A stretch of 64,000 nt of DNA from Caecitellus pseudoparvulus (Eukaryota > Protista > Bigyra: Bicosoecida). This document shows, piece after piece, positions 25,529 to 36,620 of the stretch. Numbering within the stretch: the stretch's first letter is position 1; the number at the start of each line of letters is the position of its first letter. The notes beneath the pieces are model-generated. The model searched no databases and was not told the origin of the DNA. It saw only the letters and a list, made by a program, of their open reading frames with translations. The stretch covers positions 5,438 through 69,437 of the forward strand of contig CBFFRQ010000071.1 in the NCBI GenBank assembly GCA_965644315.1. Reading direction: 5' to 3'. Position numbers and translations under genes: made by a program.

Positions 25529-25860
25529 ACGGCAGCCTTGGTTGTTAGGCCTGGAGTGCAGCGGAAAAAAGACAGGTCCGGGGGCAAAACGCTCCAAGGT
25601 GAAGCAGGCGAGGGAACTCAAAGAGGCCATGCGTGCAAATTTGTACGGTTCACCTTGTGAGTATTGGTCACAGGACTTCTTTGCTGCGTAGGCCGTTTGC
25701 ATGCTGGTGAAGCGGCAGCCGCGTTTCAGCAGAGTTTCGTGCCAAGCTTGCTTAAGAACTAATCGCGGTCTGCTCGAACCCGAATTGCACAGGGAATTAG
25801 GAATTCCAAGCCATCATTTGAGTAGCACGTTGCGCACCACTTGGACCACTTCATCACAGC

Positions 25861-27498
25861 ATGTCGACCCGGGCCCATCTGGAATCGCTGGCCGATGCCG
25901 TGCTGGGCGGAGGGGAGGAACATGAACATGGCGAGGCAGATGGCACCTCCGCCACGCTACGGGATGTGTCGGGCATGGAGGAGCTGGATGCACATGATAT
26001 GCGCAGAGTGGGCAGCATGCGTGGTATGGATCCAGCGCTGCTGCAGGGCAAGTACCGGGGCAAGACCAGCAGTCGTGCGGAAATTGAAGAGGCACAGGGT
26101 CGGCGCCGACGCAGCACCTCTAAGACTGGCGCCAGGGCTGCTGCCAAGCTGGAACAGATGCAAGCAGCAGCTCTAGATCTGGATGCCGCTGGTGCGAGTG
26201 ACAGTTCGGATGACGAGGAGCCAGGCAAGGCAGCAGCATCGGCTGCAGGTGGCGCTGGTCTGGCTGGCGCTGCGTCAGAAGTCACTGACGAGTTGGTGTT
26301 CCTGCAGGGTCAGCAGAAGGCAGCCATGCAGGCCATGAGCCGTTCATCCACCGCCTCTGCAGCGCAGGGCAAGGCTGCCAAGTCACAGGTGGCACTGTCT
26401 GATGCGTTGCTGGAGGGGCGCATTCACCTGCAGAGCGCGCTGGCGGCAGCGGCACGCCTGCCCGTCGCGGGGGCCCTCGGCGGAGCAAGTGCTGCGCAAA
26501 AGCTCATGGAAGCGCACCCAGGCTTGCCAAGTGCTGTGGCCACGGCGCGGGGCGCAGTGGCGGGGCTGCTGGGAGATCTGCTGGAGCTGCAGTCACTGCT
26601 GCTGCCTCGTGTTGGGGTGGTGGCGCAAGCGGTGGCAACGCAGCAGAGCGTGTCACCTGCTGCATTGGCGGGCGCGTCCACAGCGGCAGTGCAGGCGGGT
26701 GAACCAGACGAGCAGGATGAGGCTGAGAGGCGCCTGTTCCCTGCTGCGTTGCAGGAGTCACTGGCGGAGTCACAAGCCAAGCGCCCCCGACGCGATGCGT
26801 GCACACCCCCACCTTCGCACCTTGACGGTGCGTGGCGTGTTCTGGATGCATCCTGGAACGCCGCGTCGCCCTTCATGGGGGCTGTGCACAACGCAGCACA
26901 GGAGTCAGCCATGCTGGGTGGCGGCGCGAAGCGGGGCTCAAAACGCAGCAGATCGGTGCTGCTCGCCTCCCTAACGCAGCAGGTGGAGGGAGTCATGTCT
27001 GACCCAGCCCGCGTGGCCAGACAAGCCCACCCCTCGGAATATGCTCAGGGCCTGCGGGCTCCGCTGTGCATGGCGCAGGCGGCGTCAGGCCTCAACGCAC
27101 CAGAATCAGAGCGGGCCGAAGCCACACAAGCTTGGCGTGAGGGGATCTACGATGATGGTACATTCTACCAGGCCCTGCTGAAGGACTTTGTGGCTGCGGC
27201 AGCCACGCCATCTGCGGGAGCCAAGGCTGGCGGCGAAACGCAGCAGGGCGGCATGGCCCTCACGGCAGGCCGCGGCGACACCGACGTGACTCAGCTGAAG
27301 GCCGGGTACAAGCGCGTAGTACGGGATGTGGACCGACGCGCCTCCAAGGGCCGCAAGGTGCGGTACAAAGTGCACCCGAAACTGACAGGGTTCATGGCAC
27401 CTGAGCCGTTGGCGCCGAGTCTTGTTCCGGGCGGCGATGGAGAGCGTTTTTCGGTGAACACGGATGTTCTTGTTCGGTCCCTCTTCCAGCGCCAGTGA
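25861..27498 (+). CDS. BFR2: AATF/Bfr2 (Che-1/Traube) nucleolar protein
   Basis: GKYRGKTSSR, LLEGRIHLQ, IYDDGTFYQALLKDFV and VDRRASKGRKVRYKVHPKLTGFMAP (TRAUB domain). Confidence 0.9.
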   Translation: MSTRAHLESLADAVLGGGEEHEHGEADGTSATLRDVSGMEELDAHDMRRVGSMRGMDPALLQGKYRGKTSSRAEIEEAQGRRRRSTSKTGARAAAKLEQMQAAALDLDAAGASDSSDDEEPGKAAASAAGGAGLAGAASEVTDELVFLQGQQKAAMQAMSRSSTASAAQGKAAKSQVALSDALLEGRIHLQSALAAAARLPVAGALGGASAAQKLMEAHPGLPSAVATARGAVAGLLGDLLELQSLLLPRVGVVAQAVATQQSVSPAALAGASTAAVQAGEPDEQDEAERRLFPAALQESLAESQAKRPRRDACTPPPSHLDGAWRVLDASWNAASPFMGAVHNAAQESAMLGGGAKRGSKRSRSVLLASLTQQVEGVMSDPARVARQAHPSEYAQGLRAPLCMAQAASGLNAPESERAEATQAWREGIYDDGTFYQALLKDFVAAAATPSAGAKAGGETQQGGMALTAGRGDTDVTQLKAGYKRVVRDVDRRASKGRKVRYKVHPKLTGFMAPEPLAPSLVPGGDGERFSVNTDVLVRSLFQRQ

Positions 27499-27531
27499 GG
27501 CGCGCACGCCCCAATGCAGAATCCCTCTTCA

Positions 27532-30500
27532 CTACCCATGCAAACCAATTGTGCTGTCCAGCGGCAGCGGAATCCCCTCCGCTTCCATTTGATCCAGTCG
27601 CCCCAACATGCGTGTGCGCCGTGCAGTGGCTTGCTTGTTCAGCGCCAACCCTGCAACTTTGTCCACACCGCCCAGGCGGTCCCAGAAACGCCCCCGCAAG
27701 TCACTCTCCTGTGGCGGTGCGTCCACATCAGGCACGTCGCCCAGCGCAGCCGTTAACGAAGCTCGTGCCGAGTCAGGGCGCACACCCAGCCGGGACAAGC
27801 AGGGCACTCGAAACGCATCACTGCTGCTCGGCGGCACCCGCGCAGACGTCGACCCATGCCTGGTACCGTGCGTTTCAGCATGGTCACCTTCTCGCCCCCC
27901 CTTCCGGCGCAGCTGTGCGTGCTCATCCCCTGCCCGCAGCGCCCGGGCTTCTTGCATGGCTTGCTTTGTCTCGGCTGACAGGCCAGCCATAGTCGCCGCC
28001 TGCACGGCGCGGAACTGCCGCGGACGGGTGGTCGCGGAAATTGACCCGGCCCCCCCGCCATGCACCCCGCTCAACGCACCACTGGCCTCGTACTGCGACG
28101 CCGCCTGGCCCAGCTGCCGCCGAGCAGAGTGCACTGTCGTGGCTGCTCCCAGCACCCGCCCCCACCGGTCCTGCAGTGACTCCACCTGCGACCGCAATGG
28201 GCCCATGGCGCGCTGAGCCGCATCTCCCGCCGCATGCGTGAAGTCCACTGCGAGCTGCTGCCTGTGGTGTGCGGCTTGCGTCAGTGCTTTGAACGCCTGC
28301 ACGCGCTGCATGGCAGAAGACAGGGCCTGGGCCGCGTCGCTTTCTGCTGCGTTTCCGGCGGGGGAGCTGTGCAACGCATCCGGAAGGAAACGTCCCTTGC
28401 TGGGCGGTTGTGATGACTTTGGCGAGGGTTGCGCGAAGTGGCCACGTCGCCTGCGCCGAGTCAGCCCCACTGGGGTAGCGGTATCTGACTGCAGCTGCTG
28501 CGTTGGCGGTGTTGGCGCCATTGTGGCCGAGGGTGACACCGCATCCTGCGCAGCACTGTACAGTGACCCCAGCTCCCCGGACCCGGGCCGCCCGGAGCGC
28601 ACTGGCGCCTTGCTCCGCCGTCCCAGCTGACGACGCCTGCCTGAGCGTGGCTTTTGATTTTGAACCCCCTCCTGCCGCGCTGAGGTGACTCCGCTCCCAC
28701 ACGCTGACGCCACGCCTCTCGCCGCCGCAACGGACGGCGGGTCAGCGGCCTCTGCTGCTGACAGGAGGGACTGCCTGTGACTCGCCTCACGCCTGGCGTG
28801 AGCGGCGGCGGCCGCAGCCACGACATCCACTCGTACCTCACCCCCCATGAAGGGGGTTTCAGGCCCGCCCCGCCCGTCATTAAGCGGAGGGGGGTCACCG
28901 TGGTGCCGCCTCGCTCCATCGTCGCTGGCACCCCCCAAAGCGTGCTGCGTGCTCTGTGCAGTGGATCGCGACGCAAGGGTGAGTGTTCTGCGTGTGGCCG
29001 GAACACTGTCTGTACCCACCCCCTTGCCCGTCGTGGCCGCCTGACTCCCCGCCAACGCCACAAACCCCGCATTCACCAACGCACCACCAGCCCCCCTGCG
29101 TCCCACCGCAGCCGTACCCACCAGGCGCCCTGAGCGGGGACTGCGTTGTGCCAGCACCTCCTCTACCTGCTGCACACTGCCCAGTGGCACGACGTGCACA
29201 GTTTGCAGGGGGGAGTCTGCCGAAGCTGCTTCGTGCGAGCGTTGAAACTCCAGCCGCGCAGCACCCTCCAGCGCAGAAAACGAGCCAGGGGCAGTCTTGG
29301 TCCACTTCTTTACAATGGAAGACGCCTGCCGGGGTCGTCTGCGACCTGCACCTCGGCGTTTCTTCGATGTCGGCTGCCCAATACTCCGCTGCAGCTTGGC
29401 CAGGCAGCTAGATGGGTCGCTTTGTTGGGTGGCCAGTGGCGCAGCAGAGTGCACTGACTCGCCCGAACTGGAGGAGGTGCGTCCAGATGCTCGGCTGTCC
29501 GGGGCGGCGCCAGGCGGGGTGGCGGCGTGTCGGCCAGGCGCAAAAGAAGCCCCAGAGCGGAATTTGCCCCGCAGAGCTACCAAGTCATCGGCTGTCGTGG
29601 AGCCTGCCACGCCCTTGGGCGACTTGACGTGCGTGGAGATGTACTGCCCGGCAGCACTGTCGCCGAGTGCTTCCGCGTCCAAATCGCCGTTGCGCCGGAG
29701 CCGCGGCACAAGCGGCAGTGACTCCAACTCGCTCAGAGCGGCCGCGAGCCTAGCCGGGTTCACCTGCTCCCTGTGCCCATCCGACTCCTGAGCGCCGGGG
29801 CCCTCCCCGGCCAAGAGACCTGCAACGTCGCTGTCAGTCACCGCGGCAATGTGCCGCGCCAGCTGCTCCGCTGTCGGCGTCGCATCCGCTCCCCGCACCG
29901 CTGATGCGTAGGTGGCCAGAGCGCTGGCTGACGGCGACGCCCCAGCCCGCAGCATGTTCCGCATGGCAGACCTCAAGATGTGCTTTGGAACACGCCGAGC
30001 CGCTGCAGAGCTCATCGCCGCCGCCCGCCCCACACGGGCCTGTCGTAGCTTGCGCGAGAGAGCGCTGCGCCGAGTGGTCGCAGCGACGGCGTCCTTTGGT
30101 TTGGTCAGCCGATCCAACACCAGTTCCCGGAGTTCACGGGGCTTCAACACCCCAGAGGCTTCTTTACCTGAGGCTTTCAGAGCCTTCAGAACTGCCTCCG
30201 GCAGCGCGGCCTTGCCTTGCTTCGCAGCGACCGCCGAGTCCGCAACGGGCAGCGGTCCAATTTCCGCATGGTTCCCATCGTCTCCTGCTCCCCCGCTCCG
30301 CGCCATAGCCACCTGGTCTGCCAGCCACTCCTCCCCATTCAGCCGCAGCAGTGCCTCTGCCCTAGAGGCCAGTCCTGGCGACAGCTGCAGGGCCGAGGTT
30401 GAGTGCCGTGCCGTGTCGAAGGAGACGACGCTGGTGGCTCCTGCCGCAGCAGCCTCGGCCAGCAGGCCCTCCAGCTGTGCTCTGCGGGCAGACAACATGC

Positions 30501-30567
30501 TGAGGGGGGCAGGGGCAGAATCTTGGGCGTCATGTTCGCCCTCCTGAGCTGAGGGCTCCCCCGCCAT
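27532..30567 (-). CDS. Hypothetical protein 'gene X' (about 1010 aa, Ala/Arg/Ser-rich)
   Basis: Long uninterrupted ORF from gccATGG at 30567. Its 5' ~390 codons recur in four duplicated copies. Confidence 0.7.
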   Translation of the reverse strand: MAGEPSAQEGEHDAQDSAPAPLSMLSARRAQLEGLLAEAAAAGATSVVSFDTARHSTSALQLSPGLASRAEALLRLNGEEWLADQVAMARSGGAGDDGNHAEIGPLPVADSAVAAKQGKAALPEAVLKALKASGKEASGVLKPRELRELVLDRLTKPKDAVAATTRRSALSRKLRQARVGRAAAMSSAAARRVPKHILRSAMRNMLRAGASPSASALATYASAVRGADATPTAEQLARHIAAVTDSDVAGLLAGEGPGAQESDGHREQVNPARLAAALSELESLPLVPRLRRNGDLDAEALGDSAAGQYISTHVKSPKGVAGSTTADDLVALRGKFRSGASFAPGRHAATPPGAAPDSRASGRTSSSSGESVHSAAPLATQQSDPSSCLAKLQRSIGQPTSKKRRGAGRRRPRQASSIVKKWTKTAPGSFSALEGAARLEFQRSHEAASADSPLQTVHVVPLGSVQQVEEVLAQRSPRSGRLVGTAAVGRRGAGGALVNAGFVALAGSQAATTGKGVGTDSVPATRRTLTLASRSTAQSTQHALGGASDDGARRHHGDPPPLNDGRGGPETPFMGGEVRVDVVAAAAAAHARREASHRQSLLSAAEAADPPSVAAARGVASACGSGVTSARQEGVQNQKPRSGRRRQLGRRSKAPVRSGRPGSGELGSLYSAAQDAVSPSATMAPTPPTQQLQSDTATPVGLTRRRRRGHFAQPSPKSSQPPSKGRFLPDALHSSPAGNAAESDAAQALSSAMQRVQAFKALTQAAHHRQQLAVDFTHAAGDAAQRAMGPLRSQVESLQDRWGRVLGAATTVHSARRQLGQAASQYEASGALSGVHGGGAGSISATTRPRQFRAVQAATMAGLSAETKQAMQEARALRAGDEHAQLRRKGGREGDHAETHGTRHGSTSARVPPSSSDAFRVPCLSRLGVRPDSARASLTAALGDVPDVDAPPQESDLRGRFWDRLGGVDKVAGLALNKQATARRTRMLGRLDQMEAEGIPLPLDSTIGLHG

Positions 30568-30828
30568 GGCCCCTCCTGTGTGGTGAACTGTGGCGGTGTG
30601 CGATGCGTTTCGCTTCGTTTCAGAGCGCAGCCAGATCAAGCGACGTGAGAAGGGGCTTGGCCAACAGCACACCAGCAAGGGGCAAAATACGTCAAAATAA
30701 CCTTACGCCAAGCAGTTATGGTGCAGGCATCTCAATTGTGTCCGGCTCCGCTCGACCTGGCCGTCCAAGCACACGGTATGTGTGTAAGTTTCTCACATGC
30801 TGCATTGGGCTGTGCGGGAAGCCTGGAA

Positions 30829-33800
30829 TCAAATCAAGTCCTCCAAGCCCTCGAACTTGGCTGCTCGCTGCCTCACCCTATCTGGGATCCTGCGATGCCC
30901 TGTGAGGCCCAGCAGCTCACGCACGATGTCTTTGTGGCCCTCGGCGCATGCCGCTCGGAAGGCGGCCTCAGGCTCCCACACATCCGCCGCGTGCACATCC
31001 ACTGCCCGCGCCCCAGTCAGGCCCAGCAGCTCACGCACGATGTCTGTGTGGCCCTTCTGGCATGCGTATCGGAAAGCGGCCTCGGGTCTACCCCATGCCT
31101 CCGCGTGCACATCCACCTCCCGCGCCCCAGTGAGGCCCAGCAGCTGACGCACGATGTCTGTGTGGCCCCTGGAGCATGCCTCGCGGAAGGCGGCCTCAGG
31201 TCCATCATCATCTTCTGCGTGCACATCCACTTCTTGTGCACCAGTGAGGCCCAGCAGCTCACGCACGATGTCTGTGTGGCCATTGCGGCATGCCCATCGG
31301 AAGGCGGCCTCAGGACCATCCCTATCCGCCGCGTGCACATCCACTGCCCGCGCCCCAGTCAGGCCAAGCAGCTCGCGCACAATGTCTGTGTGGCCTTTCA
31401 AGCAAGCCAATCGGAAGGCAGCCTCAGGTCCACCCCCAGTCGCCGCGTGTACATCCACTGCCCGCGCCCCAGTCAGGCCCAGCAGCTCACGCACGATGTC
31501 TGTGTGGCCATACTCGCATGCCTCTCGGAAGGCGGCCTCAGGTCCACCCCTATCCCTTGCGTGCACATCCACTGCCCGCGCCCCAGTCAGGCCCAGCAGC
31601 TCACGCACGATGTCTGTGAAGCCATACACGCATGCCCATCGGAAGGCGGCCTCAGGCCCATCCTCATCCGCCGCATGCACATCCACTGCCCGCGCCCCAG
31701 TCAGGGCCAGCAGCTCACGCACGATGTCTGTGTGGCCCTCGGCGCATGCCCATCGAAAGGCGGCCTCAGGCCCATCCACATCCGCCGCGTGCACATCCAC
31801 TGCCCGCGCCCCAGTCAGGGCCAGCAGCTCACGCACGATGTCTGTGTGGCCATTAAAGCATGCCCATCGGAAGGCGGCCTCAGGGCCCTGTGTGTGATGC
31901 CCCGGAATGACCTCAACCTCTCCCGCCGCGTGCACATCCACTGCCTCATCCCCCCTCAACGCAAGCAGCTCACGCACCCTCGCAAGCGTACCTTCCTCGC
32001 ACGCATCCACAAATGCAGCCGTGTTCTCATCACTGTAGCAACCCACACCATCGCCCGCCTCTGACTGCACAGCCGATGCTCCCCCCCCATCGACACCCCG
32101 CACTTCACCTGCACCAGCAGCCGCCTGCTCTCCACCAACCACACTCCGCACAGCACTCTCCACACCTCCCAGACACCCAACACCACCCCCACACACCCCA
32201 CACGCCACCGCATATGCACCCATGCACCTACCACTCCCGCCTCGCCCCAACACCTCCATCGCCCCCCACAGTCCATGCTCACCACCTTCACCGCTCCCCA
32301 CGAAGCTTGACACATCACCCGATACACCACCCTCCCCAACACCTCCCACACCAAGCACCTCACGCACCACACCCAACACTCCACCGCCACCACTGCTGCC
32401 ACCACCATAGGCACCTGCACCCCACGCACCCCCACATGCACTCAACACCACCTCACACCCACACCCATCCACCGCCCCCACCAGATTACCCACACTCCCA
32501 CTCCCCACACCCACCACCACAAAGCTTCCCACACCCACGCCGCTCACATCCACCCCGCACGCCTCCGCCACAGCACATGCCCCCAGCACCCGCACAGCCA
32601 CGCGCTGCTTCACACCCACCCCAACATCGCCCCACGCTTCGTCCTCCACGAACGCCCTCAGCGGCCACCCCGCCTCACACTGCACCTGCACTGCGACACT
32701 GCTGCGAACACCCACCGGCTCATCAGCTCGACCAGCTGTACAACTGTGCGCCACCGCTGCCCTGCGTGGAGTCTGCGCCATGCGCGGCAGGCCATGGGCG
32801 ATGCGAGCCGCTTCCCCACGCACCACAGCGCCAACACTCGCGGCAAGCGCTGTCGCACCCACCTCAACGCTTGCTGCCCACTGATCCACATAGTCAGCTC
32901 CTCCAACATCTTCTGCGTCGACATGGCTCCTTGACTGGAACACACTCACACCCACGCCGTTCAGGCACGACAAGCCGCCCGCCAAGTCCAGCCCACACAC
33001 ACCCCTCACCTTCCGACCACTCATCACCGGCGCACCCCCCAACAGCCCACGCAGCTCCTCCACCGCACTCGCAGCACACTCCAGATGCTCCGCAGCACTC
33101 TCACTCCTCAGCTCGCCCGCCGCCTCGCCTCGCAGCCAACCAGCCTGCTGCCGTAGCCCAGCCAGAGCCGCATCCATCGCTGCCTCGCCACCAGCATCAT
33201 GTGTGACAGGACCACTTTCACCAGCCACATCCACATCCGCCACCTCAAAGCCTTGCCACCATCGCGTCAGGTCAGCCAGCGCACCCTCCAACTTCACACC
33301 GCCCCGCACACTGCCCCAAGCACCCACAATGGCGCCCCACAGCGCGCCCCCCTCCGGCACTGCATCCACACTCACACCGCTCGCCGCCTGGCACAGCACA
33401 TCCACCGCGGCGAAGCACCGGAACGACAGGTACTGCAGCGCAGCACACACGTCATCCCGCTCACGCTGCCCCGCCAACGCCCCAGCCTGCTCCAACAGCG
33501 CACCCCCCGCATCACGCAGTGCGCCCTCCAGCTCCACCAGGCTCATGGCACATGGGGCGACGTCCTCTGCAGCAGGCGTCTCGCCTCGCCCAATGGCTGC
33601 CAGTCCTCGCAGTGCTGGGCCGTGCTCCATGACGCTGCCCGGCAGGCACTGCATCTTGCGCAAGCATGCCGCCACCACCTCAGCCTGCGTGCCATGGACG
33701 CCTGCAGTGGCTGCTGCACTGCCTTCCCTGCCTTGCCCTGACGCGGCTGCCTGTGGCGGTGGGGCGAGGGGCGGGGCGCTGTGTGGCATGGTGTGTGGGC

Positions 33801-33866
33801 CATGTGCGCTGTCGCAAGTGCTGGCGATAGTCAGGCGCCATGTCCACACCGCCACCCACGCACCAT
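30829..33866 (-). CDS. Hypervariable ankyrin-repeat protein, copy 1 (N-cap + 9 repeats)
   Basis: ORF 30829..33855; predicted ATG 33866-33864, intron 33863-33751; repeats GPEAAFRxACxxGHTDIVRELLGLTGARAVDVHAADxx. Confidence 0.9.
30898..31887 (-). repeat. 114-bp ankyrin repeat array, 9 units (last partial)
   Basis: gcccagcagctcacgcacgatgtc recurs at 30907, 31021 and onward (period 114). Confidence 0.95.
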
Positions 33867-34530
33867 GGCGATGAATGGCAGGGGGGTCTGCTCAAGCGCC
33901 TAGCCCTGTGCAGCGCGATCCTGCGGTGGGCAGGCAGTGGGCAGGTGTGCTGGCGTGGCGCGGGAGGTGTTGTCGCGGTCTGCGTGGGGGGGCGCAACTT
34001 CCGCACTTGCACCGCCCCGTGCACGCTCACCTGTCGCGGCGGTGCTGCAGGTCAGGCCCCAGGAGCACGCATGTGGCGCAGGTCAAGCATCATGCAGGCG
34101 TGTGCGTGGTGGGTGGTGGGGGAGTAATGTGAGGCACCTGGGCTGTGTGTGTGTGTGGGTGGTCGGGACACCCCCCCCCCACACCCCCCTCCAGCTTGCA
34201 CCCCCCTGACGCAAGTGTCCACAGTCGCCGCCACCGCCATGCTCACCACGGCCATGCCCAGTGTGCTGCACACGAGCACGCAGTGCAACGGGTGTCATGG
34301 CGTGCGGGGTGGCAGGCGGCAGCTTCGGCCACCCTGCGGTGCGGTGGTGTGGGGCTGGTCTGGGCAGTCAGCGGCGGGGCGACAAGTTGCCTGACGACGC
34401 AGGTGTGGTGTGTGGGTCCGGCCGGCGGCGTGGTCGCCCCAGTCGGCCTGTGAGCCGGATGGCGTAGGCAGCAGCAGCACAGGCGGCAGTGGGCGAGTGG
34501 GGGGGGGGGGCCGGCACACAGGACGGTGCA

Positions 34531-34750
34531 GGCGGCGGGGGTGGCGCCAGTGATGTGCATGGTGACGGTGCGGGCGGCGGGGGTGGCGCCAGTGATGTGC
34601 ATGGTGACGGTGCGGGCGGCGGGGGTGGCGCCAGTGATGTGCATGGTGACGGTGCGGGCGGCGGGGGTGGCGCCACTGATGTGCATGGTGACGGGGCGGG
34701 CGGCGGGGGTGGCGCCAGTGATGTGCATGGTGACGGTGCGGGCGGCGGGG
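34531..34750. repeat. 42-bp minisatellite, 5 units (spacer 1)
   Basis: ggcggcgggggtggcgccagtgatgtgcatggtgacggtgcg in tandem. Confidence 0.9.
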
Positions 34751-35032
34751 GCGCTGGCATGGTGCTGGGCGGCGGCAGGGCGGTGTGGCAGGACGCACTC
34801 ACGCCCACGCCCCGCACACGCCCCGCTGCACCACTGTGCCTGCGCCTTGGTGTGGCTGGCCGCCGAGGCCGCAGCACGTGGCTATGCGGCAGCGGCCCCC
34901 GCCACTCTGCGCCATGTGGGCAGTGCTGGGGCACCCTGTGACGTGTAGCAAGGGCGGTCGCCCGAGGGTGGGTGTGTGGTGGGGGGGTGTGCAGGGGGGT
35001 GCATTGGGAGGTGTCCCGACACGCGTGGGGAG

Positions 35033-36358
35033 TCATGGCCGGCGTCGTGGCGGGTGGCGCTGCCGTGCGGGTGCAGGGTGGACAGGGGGGTGAGTTGGAG
35101 GGCGGCAGGTGTGGCAGGGGTGTGTGTGCGGGTGGGGGTGGGGTGGCGGGGTGGCACTGGCGCCCGCTTGTGCGCCCCCCCCCACATGGGCCAAGCGCCT
35201 GGCACGGTCGCGCTGCCGGGCGCCCAGCGGCGCACCACACTGCCACGACTCGCCCCACCTGCATGACACGTGTCCGCATGCTGGGCAGTCCGGGGCGGCG
35301 CCAGGCGGGGCGGCGGCGTGTCGGCCAGGCGCCAAGCAAGCCCCACTGCGGAGCTTGCACCGCACAGCCACCAAGGCATCCGCCGCTGTACAGCCTGCTG
35401 CGCTTTTGGTCGACTTCACGTGCACGACGATGTATTGCCCGGCAGCACGCTCGCCGAGTGCCTCCGCGCCCAAGTCGCCGGTGCGCCGGAGTCGCGGCAC
35501 AAGCGGCACTGACTCCAGCTCGCTCAGTGCGTCGACCAGCCTAGCCGGGTTCACCTGCTCCCTGTGCCCATCCGACTCATCCCCGCCGGAGCCCTCCCCA
35601 CCCACCACACCTGCAACGTCGCTGTCAGTCACCGCCGCAATGCGCCGCGCCAGCTGCTCCGCTGTCGGCGTCCCATCCGCTCCCCGCACCGCTGATGCGT
35701 AGGTGGCCAGAGCGCTGGCCGACAGCGACGCCCTAGCCCGCAGCATGCCCCGCATGGCGGACCTCAAGATGTGCTTGGGTACGCGTCGAGCCGCTGCAGA
35801 GCTCATCGCAGCCGCCCGCCCCACACGGGCCTGTCGTAGCTTGCGCGAGAGAGCGCTGCGCCGAGTGGTCGCAGCGGCGGCGTCCTTGGGCTTGGTCAGC
35901 CGATCCAGCACACGTTCCCGGAGTGCACGGGGCTTCAGCGCCCCAGAGGCTTCTTTGTTTGACGTTTTCAGGGCCTTCAACACTGCCTCCGGCAGCGCGG
36001 CCCTGCCTTGCTTCGCACCGACCGCCGAGTCGGCAACGGGCAACGATCCAGTTTCCGCAGGGTTCCCATCGCCTCCTCCCTCCCCGCTCCGCGCCATGGC
36101 CACCTGGTCTGCCAGCCACTCCTCCCCGTTTAGCCGCAGTAATATCTCTGCTCTAGAGGCCAATCCTGGCGACAGCTGCAGGGCTGACGCTGAGTGCCGA
36201 GCTGTATCGAAGAAGACGACGTTGGTGGCTCCTGCCGCAGCAGCTTCGGCCAACAGACCCTCCAGCTGTGCTCTGCGGGCAGACAGCATGCTGAGGGGGG
36301 CAGGCGCACAGACCAGGGTGTCGGGCCTGACCTCCTGGCCTGACCGCTCCCCCGCCAT
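35033..36358 (-). pseudogene. 3'-truncated paralogue of gene X (ORF still open)
   Basis: MAGERS...APLSMLSARRAQLEGLL...PPGAAPD matches the N-terminus of gene X; similarity fades near 35190. Confidence 0.65.
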
Positions 36359-36620
36359 GGCCCCTCCTGTGTCGGCAGCGGCGGCGGTGTGCGATGCGTT
36401 TCGCTTGATTTCGGAGCGCAGCCAGATCAAGCGACGTGAGGGGGGGGACCTGGCCAACCGCACACCAGCACAAGGCAAGGCACATCGACATGGCATATCC
36501 TTGGTCAGTGCCATGCCAGGGATGTCAATTGTGTCGGGCTCCGCTGGAAGTGGGTGTCCTGAGCTACGGCGTGAGCCAGGTTCGTCACAAGCTGCATTGG
36601 TCTGTGCTTGGTGCCGGGCA

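Noticed and set aside
30898-31887. CRISPR-like array (constant repeats with variable inserts)
   Set aside because: Variable windows are only 3-12 nt and in frame within ankyrin codons; no cas genes; eukaryotic context.
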